DNA of 64,000 nucleotides from the human T2T-CHM13v2.0 reference genome, Homo sapiens. Positions 37,191-51,320 of the stretch are shown piece by piece. The stretch's first letter is position 1, and every line of letters starts with the position of its first letter. The notes under the pieces were generated by a model. The model was not told where the DNA came from. It ran no database searches and saw nothing but the letters and a program-made list of their open reading frames with translations. The position numbers were made by a program, and so were the translations under genes. The stretch lies in NCBI RefSeq assembly GCF_009914755.1, contig NC_060929.1, one strand, 5' to 3'.

Positions 37191-40139
37191 ATTAAATTCT
37201 ATTCTCTCTTGTCCTCTTATTCATTCTCCAGATTGTAGTCTAAGTGATCTTTGAGAGATGCACATCTGATCACATCAAGCCTCTCTTAAAACACCTCAGA
37301 GGCATCCATAGACACCCCTAAACCCTAATACAGCCTTAACATTGTGCATGATTAGTTTCTTGCCTACCTCTCTGGTCTCATTTCTGCCGTGCTCCCATCA
37401 CTGTCTCCCTTTCTTGCAGCATCACTGGTGTTTCAGTTCCTGGAAAGCTCCATGTTTCTTGTTTGTAACTACAGGCCTGCCCTTGTGCTCCTGCCTGGAA
37501 TACTGGAACTTCCCCTCTCCCTGTTTACCAGACTAACCTCTACTCATCCTTCAATGTCCCTGCCTCCAACAAGACTTCCCTGATAGTCTAGAATAGATCA
37601 TATTCTCCATTATGTATTCTCAAAGTACCCTGTGAATTTACCTCATAGTGCATATCAGACATTACAGCTAGTATTAATATTTGGTGCAATTATTTGTTGA
37701 ATGCTTCTCTTTCCTGTTAGATCACAAGTTTCTCAAGTCTTCGGACTATATCTCTGTCATTTATCTTGTATCTCCAGCACTTAACTGAGAGTAAGGGTAC
37801 ATAAGTGAGGGCATGAGTTAGTGAAAGCAATTAGTTCCTTTTCAAGGATTCAGTAGGATAAGGAATAGATCCTTGGATGGAATAGGACCATTTAAAAAGG
37901 AAAAGGGGAAAAAAAAAACTCTAGACATATATCATGCTCTTCAGATTTTGAGATTCCAGTTCTAAGGATAAACAAAATCTAGGCTTTCTCCCAACACAGA
38001 ATTTCGACTATAACGTGTCTAATTTGCTTTTTGAATGGGGAGAAAAAGATTTATGGATGAAAGTGACGAGTAAATATAACAATTTCAAAAACAAGATGCT
38101 TAAAAATAAGATGCAATAAGAATATAAATAGAACTCTAGAAGGCTTGTGGAAGGAGATAAACTGCAATTTGAATTCACTGGGAACAATGTCAGAGCATCT
38201 CCAAGGACCAGCTCTCCCAGCAAGCTAGAGTTTGCTAACAGTGATTTACTGTCTGCCCCTCCATGAATAGCTTCATGGTGGGACCCCACCCTGTGTATAA
38301 CAATCATTCCACTGTACCACAGTGGAGTTTGTCTCCATTCACTTCTGATATCAAATTATTGTTTGGGAAATTAAGAGAATGTTAGATGAGAAATAAGGTA
38401 ATGAATGAACAATACATGTTAAGTAAACCAGAAGTCCATTTTTTTCCTCCACAAAAGCTCTTTACATTTAGTTGAAATCTCTAGTTATGTAACACAGAGT
38501 AAAGACTGTGTTTGGCCCTGTTTTCTTCTTTCTGTTGCAAAATAACTTCTTTTAATTGCCCCACCTACTAATATTTAGACTTAAAGATATCTACTGGGAT
38601 GTGAGTTTGTTTAAAAATGCAGTTACCTAAATGTAATTTATACTTTTCATAACCAGATAAACTGGTTGATTAAGTACCACTTTGGAATTTGCTATTTGGC
38701 CAAAAGAATGATGAAAATTAAAATATACTTGTTTTTGAGAACTGCCTTTCAAGGCCTTTGCTTCCAGGTAGTGAAAGCCCTACTAGAAGAGAAGATTGTT
38801 CTGGCACATGCTTAAATATAAAACTATGCTTCAATTTGTTCCAATTCTAGTTTTTAGATTATGTGAGAAAACTCTGTACTGATATCAACTGAAAGATTTT
38901 TCCAGGCTGTTTATTATAATGAATGTGTATTTAAGAGTAATTTTATAACCAGAGAAATGAAGACAACTAAGGATGTTTTGTTTGCTTTAACATTGAAACT
39001 TTAAAACAGAAGACAGCTGTTTTAAACATCTAAACTTAGGCTGGATAATTGGGAACAATGAATGTTCTTAAAAAAGTGATATGCTTGGATCTAAAGTACG
39101 TTCTTAATGAAGTATAAAAAACTACATTGTTGAATATAAATTTATCATCTGAAAACTCCCCTGTATATATAATTATAAAATACAAGGATGGTTTCCCAAT
39201 ATCTTAACTTGATCTTGAATTTTGGATTTTGTGCCTGGGACAAGTCTCTAGTTAATTGTCCTATAAAATACTGACTAAACAGCTAGATTTAAGAGTGTTT
39301 TCAGATATAACTTTTTGTCTGGAATGAGCTTAAATGATACATTTCAAAATAAGTTATATATAATACAGTACTTTCCAAAGGTTTCAGATTATTCAGTCAC
39401 TAGTTACCAGTGCCTGATTTGTACTTCACTAAATATAAGACAAGTGGAACAACTGATGTCAGTTTCTTTGTGAAACCTCTTAAATATATCTTTATTCATA
39501 ACCAAGTACTTATTAACATAAACTAGAATGTTACATTTTAATATTTGAACTGAAAACCTACACACCTGTTTTCTTAAAAACTACTGTATTGTGTAATTTA
39601 ATTGTATTATTAAGACTCTTATAAAAACATACATGTTGATTTCCTCATAATTCCTCTCCCTTTCTTTGCATGCCTCAAAGCAATTGAGTCATTTCCTTTC
39701 TCCCAGTCACCTTTTAAAGCCTTTACTTCTGTTGAAGCAAACTTTTGAAAGTCCCTAAACCTTTACTCCTCCTCACTGTTACTGTTCCCTTCTATTCTCT
39801 GCTTTCTGAACAAGATTGCAGACTTGGATTTTTAAGTTATTACAGTCCAATGTTTGACTTTTTTTTTTGGCTAGATTCCCTTGCTTTAGGGAATTTCCTC
39901 TTTTTGTTTAATTCCTTAGTCAATACATTACTTTTTTAGGTTTTTTTTTTTTTTGTAATCTAGTTAGCAGTTTTTCTTACAAAACACAGCAAATAAACTT
40001 TAATAAGATGGTGTATGACAGTGTTAATTCACTAACTATGGATCAAGAATTAGCCTTAGACTCTCATGTTCCTTTCAGTGCATTGTTGATGAAGGTGACT
40101 CAAGATGGAGTGATACTTATGAACATTGCTTCTCCTGAT

Positions 40140-40957
40140 CATGTAACAACATCCTCCTTCCGTCTGCTCAGACCTCACAATCTTGAGCTGTCCTTGACTC
40201 CTCCTTTTTTCCCATTTGTCACATCCAATTCATCAGCAAATCCTGTTAGCCTACCTTCAAAATATATCCAGAGTCTGATCACTTCTCCGTTTCACCATTA
40301 TCTCGCTGGTCCACACCACCATCATTTTCATCTGGGGTTGTGCAATAGCTTTAAAACTGGTCTCCCTGCTTCTGAACTTACCTCACTAGAATCTAATCCC
40401 AAATAGCAGCCAGAATAATCCTTTAATTCATTCATTAAAATCATGTCCATCCTCTGGTCACAATCAGTGTAAAAGCCAAAACCCATACCACCTGGCCACT
40501 TTTGCAGCTCTCAGGCTTTGTCTTCTCCACTTTTCCCCCTCGCTCACTCTACTCTGGCCACCCTGCCTCCTGCCCATTCCCACCTCAGACTCTTGTTTCT
40601 CCCTCTTCCTGCAAAACCATTTCCTCAGATATCCATAGGGCTCACTCCATCATCTCCTGCAGGTCCTTGATCCAGCGTCAGTGTCTCAGCCAGGCCTTCC
40701 CTGACCACATAAATAGCAACTCCCCATACTTCTTCCTACTCCCCTTACCCTATTCTACTTTTCTTCATAGCACTTATTGCTATCTGACCTTGTATGTATT
40801 TACCTGTTTGTTTAATGCCTGTGTCCTACCACTTAGTGGTAAGCTGCATCGGGGCAGAAATGGACTCCTTCATTAGCCACCATAACCCCAGCAATTAGAA
40901 CAGCACCTGGCACATCCTATACCTGCAGTCAATATTTGGTGAGTGAATGAGTGAATA
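40140..40957 (+). mobile_element. L2 LINE 3' fragment
   Basis: CTTGAGCTGTCCTTGACTCC...CACATCCAATTCATCAGCAAATCCTGTTAGCCTACCTTCAAAATATATCCAGA (L2 ORF2), ending AGAACAGCACCTGGCACA...CAATATTTGGTGAGTGAATGAGTGAA. Confidence 0.9.
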
Positions 40958-41258
40958 ACCACACCTTACCACATTTAATGCCAATCACATTAAGACCACT
41001 GAGGCATGTACTATAAACTAGGTAATATTTAAAACAAATGAGCAGCTTTCTGTCAAGAAATGCTCCCAAATGTAGAGGTTTTTAAAAATGTACTTTATTT
41101 GTCTAATGTTGCAGTAGACAGCCTGTGGTACTTTTTTTTTTTAATCCACTTTGTTGGATGATGCTACTTGCTGGTTACTTCAGAAGGTCACTTCCACAGA
41201 CCACGAGGAAAAGGAGAGCTAGCTTTATGTCATCGCCTCCATCTAGGCATCTATGATC

Positions 41259-41655
41259 TATGTTAGTCAGCTGGAGCTGCTAAAACAAAATAACACAGGC
41301 TTCATGGCTTAAACAACAGAAATGGATTTCCTCAAAATTCTGGCGACTAGAAGCCTAAGATCCAGGTTCTGGGCAATTTGTGTTCTGGCAAGGTCTCTCT
41401 TACTGACTTACAGTTCAACACCTTCTCACCATGTCCTCACATGGCTTCTCTTTGATGCATGAGAGCAGAGAGAGAGGGATGTTGAGAGAGAGAGTTAGTT
41501 CTCTGGTGTTTGTTCTTAGAAGGGTACTAATCCCATAGAATCAAGGCCCCACCCCATGACCTCATTTAAGCTTCCTTACTCCTAATACAGTCACACTGGA
41601 GGTTAAGGTGTCAACATATGAAATTTGAGAGAACACAAACATTGAGACCTTAACA
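41259..41655 (-). mobile_element. MaLR solo LTR (MLT1A-like)
   Basis: TTAGTCAGCTGGAGCTGCTAAAACAAAATAACACAG...GGCTTAAACAACAGAAAT...TCAACATATGAAATTTG...ACACAAACATT. Confidence 0.85.
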
Positions 41656-44600
41656 GCCTCCCTTTCAGGCGTAGCTGAGTCCTGTGGTATCCCAGGCCCG
41701 CTCTTGCCTGGGCTGGCTTACATAAAGGAGGGGCCGGGAGGGCTAGTGGCTTGAATCTCACATTCAGAAAAGTTCTCTAATGATCTATTTTGACCTTTTC
41801 TTCAAATAATGTTCACATACACCATATACATTAAAATGTTATATATAACGTATTTATATGTATATGAAATATATAAAAAAATGCATAACATACATACCCC
41901 AAAGCATTGCATTTTTATTTTACAAATTAAATATTAATATTTGCACAGGTGAAGCTTGTTTTAGCACTTCTTATTTTTTCATGGAATGGAAGGATGAAAG
42001 GTCTGGCCCTGTCTCAATGTCAGAGAGTCCTTTCCTTCTAGATTTGGGCACAGTGTCCACCAAGCTGGCCATCCTTATTAACCTTATCATCCCAACATTG
42101 ACCCTTCCTGGCAGAAATTCTTTCCTATGTTTTGATGTCTATACAGCTGTGTGCTTCTTGTCTCCTAATTGTGACTCCCACCCATCTCTTGCCTTTCAAA
42201 CCTCCTTTTTATAGTCTTTTCTTCTCTGGGGCTTCTCCAAAATGAACAAGGTCTCCCATATCCTCAGTGTCTTCACTGACTCATCTTTCTATCTCCTACT
42301 TCACCCCTACTATGGCAGGCAAAAGGATCCCAAGCACTTTGTGGCCATTTTTGGGTGACAAGGACTTTATCAGTTGTCAGGGTAGATGCAAAAACATGAA
42401 ACCTGCTCCACCACGATGGAGTTCACAGAGAAGCCCCTACAGGGGCACAGAGACCTGGTTCTATAAAATGAGGGGCTCTGCTGAGACGTTGTTTGGCTCT
42501 TGGGGAGGCAGCATATGTGTGAAAAAGCAAAGGCTTGAGACCTAGAAAATCCAGGTGAGCCCAGGCAACCCTGAGCTTCTTTTTTTCTTTTGAGATTATG
42601 TGTCTGAAATCTCCAAGCCATAAGTGTTTGGAGTACAAAAAGGACCCTAGTGAATAAACATGGCAAGCATGCTCTTGAAGCTTTATGGGGGAATGTGTGA
42701 TTTCCCCATCAATTGTCCCAGTGTCTTCTGCATTGGCGTAATTCAGGCCTGGGGTCAACTTTCCAGGATGACTGTGAGAGAGCCCATAATTGAGGCTCAC
42801 ATTTCCTTGGAATCAAACCGGGGTGTGGGGATCAAGGTGCTTGCCACAGACACCTTGCAACTTTCTTTGATAATGAATTTGGGACAAAGACTCTATTTTA
42901 AAAAATACACACGAGAAAAGTAGTGATAATGGAAAAGAGAAGATAAACTGAAAACATGCAAAGTTTTAAAAAAGACAAAAGTAGGAGATTATCAAAGCAG
43001 CACCCTTCTGGCCTGAAATCTTCCCCAAACACTGAAACAATGGCCGTGTGGATACTGTTCAAAGAGCTTTGGAGTGTTATCCCATTCAGTTTTTATAATA
43101 ATGATTCTAATATGTAAGTATTTTTATGATTTTCATTCAACAGACAGGGCAAATGAGGCAACCAAATATTAAGAAGACTTGGCCAAAATTTTATAGGTGT
43201 GAAGTAGCGAGGCAGAGTCAGCACCCACACACCTACTGCTCTGCGTGCTCAGGCAAAGAGGGTACGCGTCTTCTATGCAGTTGGTTCCTTGTTTCAGCCC
43301 TTTGGGAAAATACACATAAGTCCAAAATGTCTTTGAGGCATGTGGCGTTTAAGGTTACCGCTAATTTAACAAAATATAGGTTGGTCCAAAATGTGTGTAA
43401 TGTTATGGCAAATCTTTCTCTAACACAATTTTAGCAAATTGTTTACATTTAAATGTGTACTCATTCAAACAAAAACCAAATTATAGGAAAATCTTAATTA
43501 CAAAGGAGATAAAGCAGAGGTTGGTAATTTGATTTATGAAAACGATTATTTGCTTTTGAGAGGGATCAATGTTGAAGAAAGCTCTTGATTCAGGCTTAAT
43601 GTCTAACCTGACTAAAATTATACTTACAACCTATGTCTGTTGCATGAAGAATGAATGCACCATAGGTTCTGCGCTTCCAAGTGTGTGGTCAATTTCTTCG
43701 GGACAGTGTTGGGCATGGCCGTGTACACCAGTTGATTTTCCTCTTGAGCTGGTTCCAGAAACAGTGAAATACAAAAATGTTTTCTCTTCTTAGAGTATGA
43801 GCTTCTAACAACAACAACAACAACAACAAAAATCAACCTCCTGCACTGGGATAACTGACTATCCACTTGGAAAATAGTAAACTTAATTCCTATCTCACGC
43901 CACTTTGGGAAATAAATTTCAGATGGATTAAATATCTAAAAGTAAAAGAACAACAAAAACAAAATATCAGAGTTAAAAATATGAGGGTTTAATGAGTACA
44001 TGAGATAATGCAATTATGATCTTGGGGGAGAGAAAGCCTTTTTAAGACACTAAAAGCAAAACCTGTAAAGGAAAAAAATAGAAAGTGTGACTATTTCCAA
44101 AATAAAAATTTTCCAAGGCAAAATATACCATAAATAAAGTAAAAAGAAGGCACATTAAGAGAAAATATTTGCAACCTAATTTGCAGACAAAGGATTAGCA
44201 TCTAGAATATATAAGGGAGTTATACAAATTTAATAAGACAGTGATAAACAATTTGATAGGAAAAATTGGGAAAAGCACATAAAGGGGCAATACTTAGGAA
44301 AACATGAAATTGGTCAATATATATCCCAGATGTTCACCTTCAACATCAATCAGGAGAATATAAATTTAAGCAGTAATATAATATTTTCTTGTACTCATCA
44401 GATTGGCAAAGATATTAAAGGTTGATAATACCAAATGTTGACAAATATATGTTGATAATGCCAAATGTTCAAACAGCCTCGTAAATTACTAGTGAGAATA
44501 TAAATTGGTATAGTCACCTTAGAGGACAATTGGACAATATCTATTAAAATTGATAATGTGCATATTCTGTTACCCAGCAAGTCATCTTTGAGAAACATTC

Positions 44601-44722
44601 ACCTTTGTACACAAAAAGGCATGTATAAAGATTCTCATTGCAGAATTGTTGGTGATTGAAAAAAAAAGAAATGACTTAAATAATTATCAATATGGTGATA
44701 GTTATTTAAAATAGTTAATAGA

Positions 44723-44998
44723 CTGGGTGGAGATCAGTCAATGGTTACAAACTCACTTAGATAGGAATAAGTTCTGTGTTCTATTATATAGTAGAGACTA
44801 GAGTTAACAGTAATGGATTGCATGTTTCAAGTACTTAGAAGATAGGCTTTTGAATGTTCTCATCACAAAGAAATGATAAATGTGTAAGGTGATAGATATG
44901 CTAATTACCCTGATTTGATCTTTACACATGTACACATGTAAGAAAACAGCACATTGTACCCTGTAAATGTGTACAAATTATATGTCAATCATAAAAAA
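44723..44998 (+). mobile_element. 5'-truncated L1MA 3'UTR insertion
   Basis: GAATGTTCTCATCACAAAGAAATGATAAATG...ATATGCTAATTACCCTGATTTGATC (L1MA 3'UTR). Perfect TSD TAAAATAGTTAATAGA at 44707-44722 and 44999-45014. Confidence 0.88.
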
Positions 44999-45259
44999 TA
45001 AAATAGTTAATAGAATCTGGTAATTATGTATTAGAATATTATGCAGCAGATAAAAAATAACAAGCACCCATATACTACTATGAAAATTTACCAAGATACA
45101 TTTTACAAAAAACAAGTTAAAGAAGCCCATGCACAGGAGGATTTTTTAAAGTGCACAGAATAAAAATAACTTCATAAATCTATGGGTACATTTTATTTTC
45201 TGTTTTAGAAAAAAAACTGAATACATGCTTATACTTAGAAATTGATTATGGAGGTCAGA

Positions 45260-46529
45260 CAAAAACAAGAAATGGGGAAAGTATTCCCTATTTAATAAAT
45301 GGTGCTGGGAAAACTGGCTAGCCGTATGTAGAAAGGTGAAACTGGATCCCTTCCTTACACCTTATACAAAAATTAATTCAAGATGGATTAAAGACTTAAA
45401 CGTTAGACCTAAAACCATAAAAACCCTAGAAGAAAACCTAGGCAATACCATTCAGGACATAGGCATGGGCAAGGACTTCATGTCTAAAACACCAAAAGCA
45501 ATGGCAACAAAAGCCAAAATTGACAAATGGGATCTGATTAAACTAAAGAGCTTCTGCACAGCAAAAGAAACTACCATCAGAGTGAACAGGCAACCTACAG
45601 AATGGGAGAAAAGTTTTACAATCTACCCATCTGACAAAGGGCTAATATCCAGAATCTACAAAGAAAAATCAAATAACCCCATCAAAAAGTGGGTGAAGGA
45701 TATGAACAGACACTTCTCAAAAGAAGACATTTATGCAGCCAACAGACACATGAAAAACATGCTCATCATCACTGGCCATCAGAGAAATGCAAATCAAAAC
45801 CACAATGAGATACCACCTCACACCAGTTAGAATGATGATCATTAAAAAGTCAGGAAACCACAGGTGCTGGAGAGGATGTGGAGAAATAGGAACACTTTTG
45901 CACTGTTGGTGGGACTGTAAACTAGTTCAACCATTGTGGAAGACAGTGCGGCGATTCCTCAAGGATCTAGAACTAGAAATACCATTTGACCCAGCCATCC
46001 CATTACTGGGTATATACCCAAAGGATTATAAATCACGCTGCTATAAAGACACATGCACACGTATGTTTATTGCGGCACTATTCACAATAGCAAAGACTTG
46101 GAACCAACCCAAATATCCATCAGTGATAGATTGGATTAAGAAAATATGGCACATATACACCATGGAATACTATGCAACCATAAAAAAGGATGAGTTCATG
46201 TCCTTTGTAGGGACATGGATGAAGCTGGAAACCATCATTCTGAGCAAACTATTGCAAGGACAGAAAACCAAACATCACATGTTCTCACTCATAGGTGGGA
46301 ATTGAACAATGAGAACACTTGGACACAGAGTGGGGAACATCACACACCGGGGCCTGTTGTGGGGTAGGGGGAGGGGAGAGGGATAGCATTAGGAGATATA
46401 CCTAATGTAAATGTCGAGTTAATGGGTGCAGCACAACAACATGGCACATGTATACATATGTAACAAACCTGTATGTTGTGCACATGTACCCTAGAACTTA
46501 AAGTATAATAAAAAAAATTAAAAAACAAA
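45260..46529 (+). mobile_element. 5'-truncated L1PA (approximately PA4-PA5) with ORF2 C-terminal remnant and 3'UTR
   Basis: ORFs 45336-45830 ([24 protein letters not shown]...) and 45787-46305 ([16 protein letters not shown]...HCWWDC...SLIGGN) are the L1 ORF2p C-terminus split by a frameshift. G-rich 3'UTR and A-tail. Flanking duplication AGAAATTGATTATGGA(G/A)GTCAGA at 45237-45259 and 46530-46552. Confidence 0.97.
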
Positions 46530-46586
46530 AGAAATTGATTATGGAAGTCAGAAATGGGGAAAAAGCATCTAGGTACAGGGGGATAT

Positions 46587-47326
<740 letters not shown>

Positions 47327-47659
47327 GATGTCAAAGAGAACTTCAGCCTTAGCTGATATGTTAGCTGTAATCTTTTAATGTTTTAGAATGAGAGTGTATG
47401 TATGTATTACTCATGTGACTAAAACATTAACTTTTTAAAGTCAACTTTGTCTTCCCTCTTGCCCCATAACCATGCTTTTCCCCTTTATCTTCCTTTGAAC
47501 AATATTAATTAAGGCCTGTTGCAGACATATGCATTCTGAGCCTTCCAACAAAATTTTTCAAAAAGACCTCTCTTCAGGTCAGAGTCCCTGAAAATAAATC
47601 TTCTCACCACAGAACTCAGGGGTGTGTTTATTTATTTTTGTTTAATAAAATATTTATTG

Positions 47660-48240
47660 AACTTTTATTGAAGTTCAATTAACTTTATTTATTATAAAAC
47701 AATATTATACTGATATTGTCAGAAATTTAAAGACAAGACAATATCCTCATCACCCCTGCACTGGAAACACTGACCTGATTTCTATTTTTAGGTGTTACTT
47801 TCTGGGCTATCTATACGCTTAGCTTTTTTTTGGTAGTCATCAAATGGTTTATATAATTTTGTACATAACTTTTTTCACTTAGCATAAAACCTTTATAGTT
47901 GCCATTTTAATGGCTACTTAACATTTTATTCAGTTTTAATTGACTTATCTATTCCCCAGTGGTCGACATCTAGGCCATTTGCAACTTGTTATTATAGATA
48001 ATGTTGAATAAACATTTTCATATACATGAATTTTAAAATTTGAGTTATTTCCCTAAAATGAGTTCTCAGGGGTATTACTAAACCACACGATACAAGCAGA
48101 TTTTATGACTATTGATCAAAATTACTCAATAGAGTTCCAAAGCCTCATGCCAATTGATGATGCCACCAGCAGTGTGCAAATATACTCCATTTTCAGCATG
48201 GGTAATACAATGTCAAAGTTTTTGCCGATGTAAAAACTTC
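47660..48240 (-). mobile_element. Old L1M fragment
   Basis: TCTATTCCCCAGTGGTCGACATCTAGGCCATTTGCAACTTG...ATAATGTTGAATAAACATTTT...CCACCAGCAGTGTG, the L1M ORF2 end in reverse. Confidence 0.65.
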
Positions 48241-48379
48241 AGAGGGGGATTCCTCAGATCATCTAAGACTGCTCGGTAAGCTGATTGAAAACCATAGCGA
48301 TACATAAAAGGGCATGGATTATCTTTTCCATCTGGGCATCCATCTCCTTTCTCTAGGAATAGCACATTGAGGTCTTCTG

Positions 48380-48997
48380 CTCTCTCAATCCCTGTGGTTT
48401 GACAGGACCCCAGCCCCACCCTCAGATTTAAGAATTAGCATATGACCCAGCTTGGTCACTGTCTCTTTCTCCTTCTCTCTTCCTTAATTTCTCTCTATCA
48501 CACACACACGCACGGGGTAAGGGGTGGATCCAGCAACAACCAAAGCAGAGCCAGGAGGAAAGAGTAAGTCCTGGTGACAGTGTTCGAGTCCATCCATCCA
48601 GCTGGCAATGATGCCAGACTACCCCAGGATTCAGAGCCACTATACAGAGTTGAGCCAACTGTGAACTGCAAAGCATTCCCAGCCTAAGGGGTAAACAGGT
48701 GCTGAAATCTGTTGTGTGCATCTGGGAGTAAGGGTATGTCTATTCAGAGAAAGAGACTTGTTTATTGTTTTTTGTTCGTTTGTTTCTTTTTCTTTTTTTT
48801 TTTTTTTTTACTAAAGGTCCCCATTGCTTGCCAAGCCAAATGCTCACTCTGGAGCCCCTTTTTTCCATTCTCAGAAGGTGCTATGCAGGCTGCCAATAGC
48901 TTTGCAGTTATGGGAACCAATAAATCTCCCCTCTTAACTGAAGTCAGTTTGAGGTCTCTTTCTGTCACTTAGAACTGCATGAATCCTGATTAATACA
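48380..48997 (+). mobile_element. ERVL solo LTR remnant (LTR16/LTR33-like)
   Basis: GCATATGACCCAGCTTGG near the 5' part; 3' end CCAATAAATCTCCC...AAGTCAGTTTGAG...TTTCTGTCACTT...TCCTGATTAATACA. Confidence 0.55.
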
Positions 48998-50279
48998 TCA
49001 GAGTAAGGGATTTTAAAACTGGGAGAGATCTTAAAAATTCCTGAGTACCTAGTGAATACTCTACAGATGAAGAGACTGAGGAGTTTAGCAACTTGCCTGA
49101 AATTATTATACCTCTATGTGAGCAGCAGGATAGCACTAAGAGACCGGTTCCCAAGTTAGCTTTCTTTGTAACAAAATATACTGCCCTTCTGTTTACTACC
49201 TCTGATATTATTTTATAAGTTTGGGTTTGAGAATCGAATCCTGCAAAGGTGGTTTATCTCTTCTCAGCTACTCTGGCTACAACGTTGCTGTTCCCAAGTC
49301 AATATTGGCCCCTTGGGTATAACTTTGTGACTCAACTACCAGTATTTCTTAATGACATAAAGATTTGAAAAATAAAACATAATATGTGATTTGGTAAAAT
49401 TATTGCTGTATATAAGAAGTCAACTCAGAAACTGCCAAAACACTTGCATTAATTTGTGAGAACACGATGATTAAGGAAATTAAACACTTGTACCCTTTCG
49501 CCTAAGATTTCAAGAAATAATTTTTAGATATATTTACACCTATCCTTTAGCTGTTATTAAATACTGTTTAATTTGTGTGTGGTTATTTCCCAAGCCTAAG
49601 CAGAAAATTCATCATAGGACTTAGGAGACTCACAGCTAAAGTTCCAGAGTGGTAGCCCCAGGCCAGGGACCAACGAAATGCTAAAAGACCTTAGTATGTC
49701 TTCTGACCACGCCCCATTTGGTTAATCACTCCCGCTTGCTTCTGATGTTCCTGAATTTTATTTATCCTGGAGAATCTGTCTTCTGCTCCATATGCCTGCT
49801 TAAGCTGAAAAAGCAGGGCGCTTTCAGCTTTTTGATCAATATAATGAAAGGCTGCCCAATTTCTCTGGGATTCTGTCAAAGCCTGTTGTAGTCTCTTCCC
49901 AGACAGAAGGGAGTAATTTTCTTCCACCAGACAGCCTTCTCTCAACCCACATTTGCCCTGTGACAATATTGAATCTGATTATCTGCTAAATTCTATAGAT
50001 GTCTTCTTGTTTTGAGGCCTAGTGTTTTTGACAGTGAACTTTGAACAAATTACTTTTCAAGGAGTAGGTCCTTTGCCTTCTGCTCATTGTGAAACGCATC
50101 TCAACAGAGCTCTCAAACTAGCTCCTCCTCTTATCTCATTTTGCCAGTGAAATGGTATTCAGAGAAAGGCATGGAGTGGGTGTTATCAACCCGGAGCTGG
50201 CCTTCCTCTCACTAGGAGCTGGACCCTGCCTCTGAGCTTGGATTTTATCTCATTCTGTATCTCAGGAAACTTCCATTAT

Positions 50280-51320
50280 CTATGCATCTTTGTATCATGT
50301 TTTAATCATGCTGGAGTCTCACCTACCTAAAAAAAAATTCTTAATCTAAAATTTCCCTTTAGATATGGCCCTACCTTATTTTCTCCCCTTCAGCCCATAT
50401 TCACTAAAGATTTGTCTGCATGCACCATCTCTACTTCCCGATTTACACCATTCCATATAGGCCCCCTTTTGAAAAACATTTCCATAAAAACAGCTTTGGC
50501 TAAGGGCATTAACCAAAGACACCTAAATGACCCAAATACAGTAGATCCTCCCTGAGCACTTGTTTATAATTTCCCTGCTGACTCCTTCTCTTCCATCTGG
50601 TCTCCAAACATTTGGGATCTGTAATGGGCCCCCTTTGCCTTTCTCTACATTCTTATTCATTCCCATGATTTTAAAGACTATCCATATGTGGTGACTCCTG
50701 AATATGCATCCTCAGTCTGTAGCTCTTCTCTGAGAATCAGCTCCATATGCTCAATTGCCTGTTTGATACCTCCATTTAGATGCCACATAGACATCATCAC
50801 CCAAAGAGAACTTTGCTTTTCTCCCCAAAAACCTGATTCATGCTTAGACTTCTCCATCTCTGTTTCTCGAATAGAAACTCAGGGACATGACTTGATTCCT
50901 CTTTACCCCTCATAATTAATCTATCATCAAATCCTGTCTGTACCATTTCCAAAATATGTCACATCGCTCTCTTCTTTTCTGTTCCAGTGCCACCAGCCCT
51001 CTTGAAGTCACTATAGTTTCTCAATTGTTTTGCAGCAACTAACTTGTTTCTTGAGTCTAGTCTTGCTTCTGTCTAACCCATTATTCATACTTCATCCAGA
51101 ATAAAGATACAAATTTCTTTATCATGCTCTGTTGCATAAAACCATTTAGTTATTTGCCACTGAACTTAAATACTTGGCTTGGATAATCCTCCAGAATGTA
51201 AGCTTCCTGAGGACAGTTATCACTACTGCCTTGTTCTCTATTTTATCCATAGTGCTTAACATCATATTTAACACACGGAAAGCATTTGATAGATATTTTT
51301 GAAAAAAATGAATAATAAGT
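50280..51320 (+). mobile_element. L2 LINE fragment
   Basis: TTATTCATTCCCATGATTTTAAAGACTATCCATATG...ATCATCAAATCCTGTC...CCAAAATATG, with 3' end GAATGTAAGCTTCCTGAGGACAG...ATATTTTTGAA...ATGAAT. Confidence 0.8.

Noticed and set aside
45336-46305. L1 ORF2 ORFs as an active element or domesticated gene
   Set aside because: Only ~1.3 kb of the 3' end is present, with no promoter, ORF1, endonuclease or RT core, and it is frameshifted.
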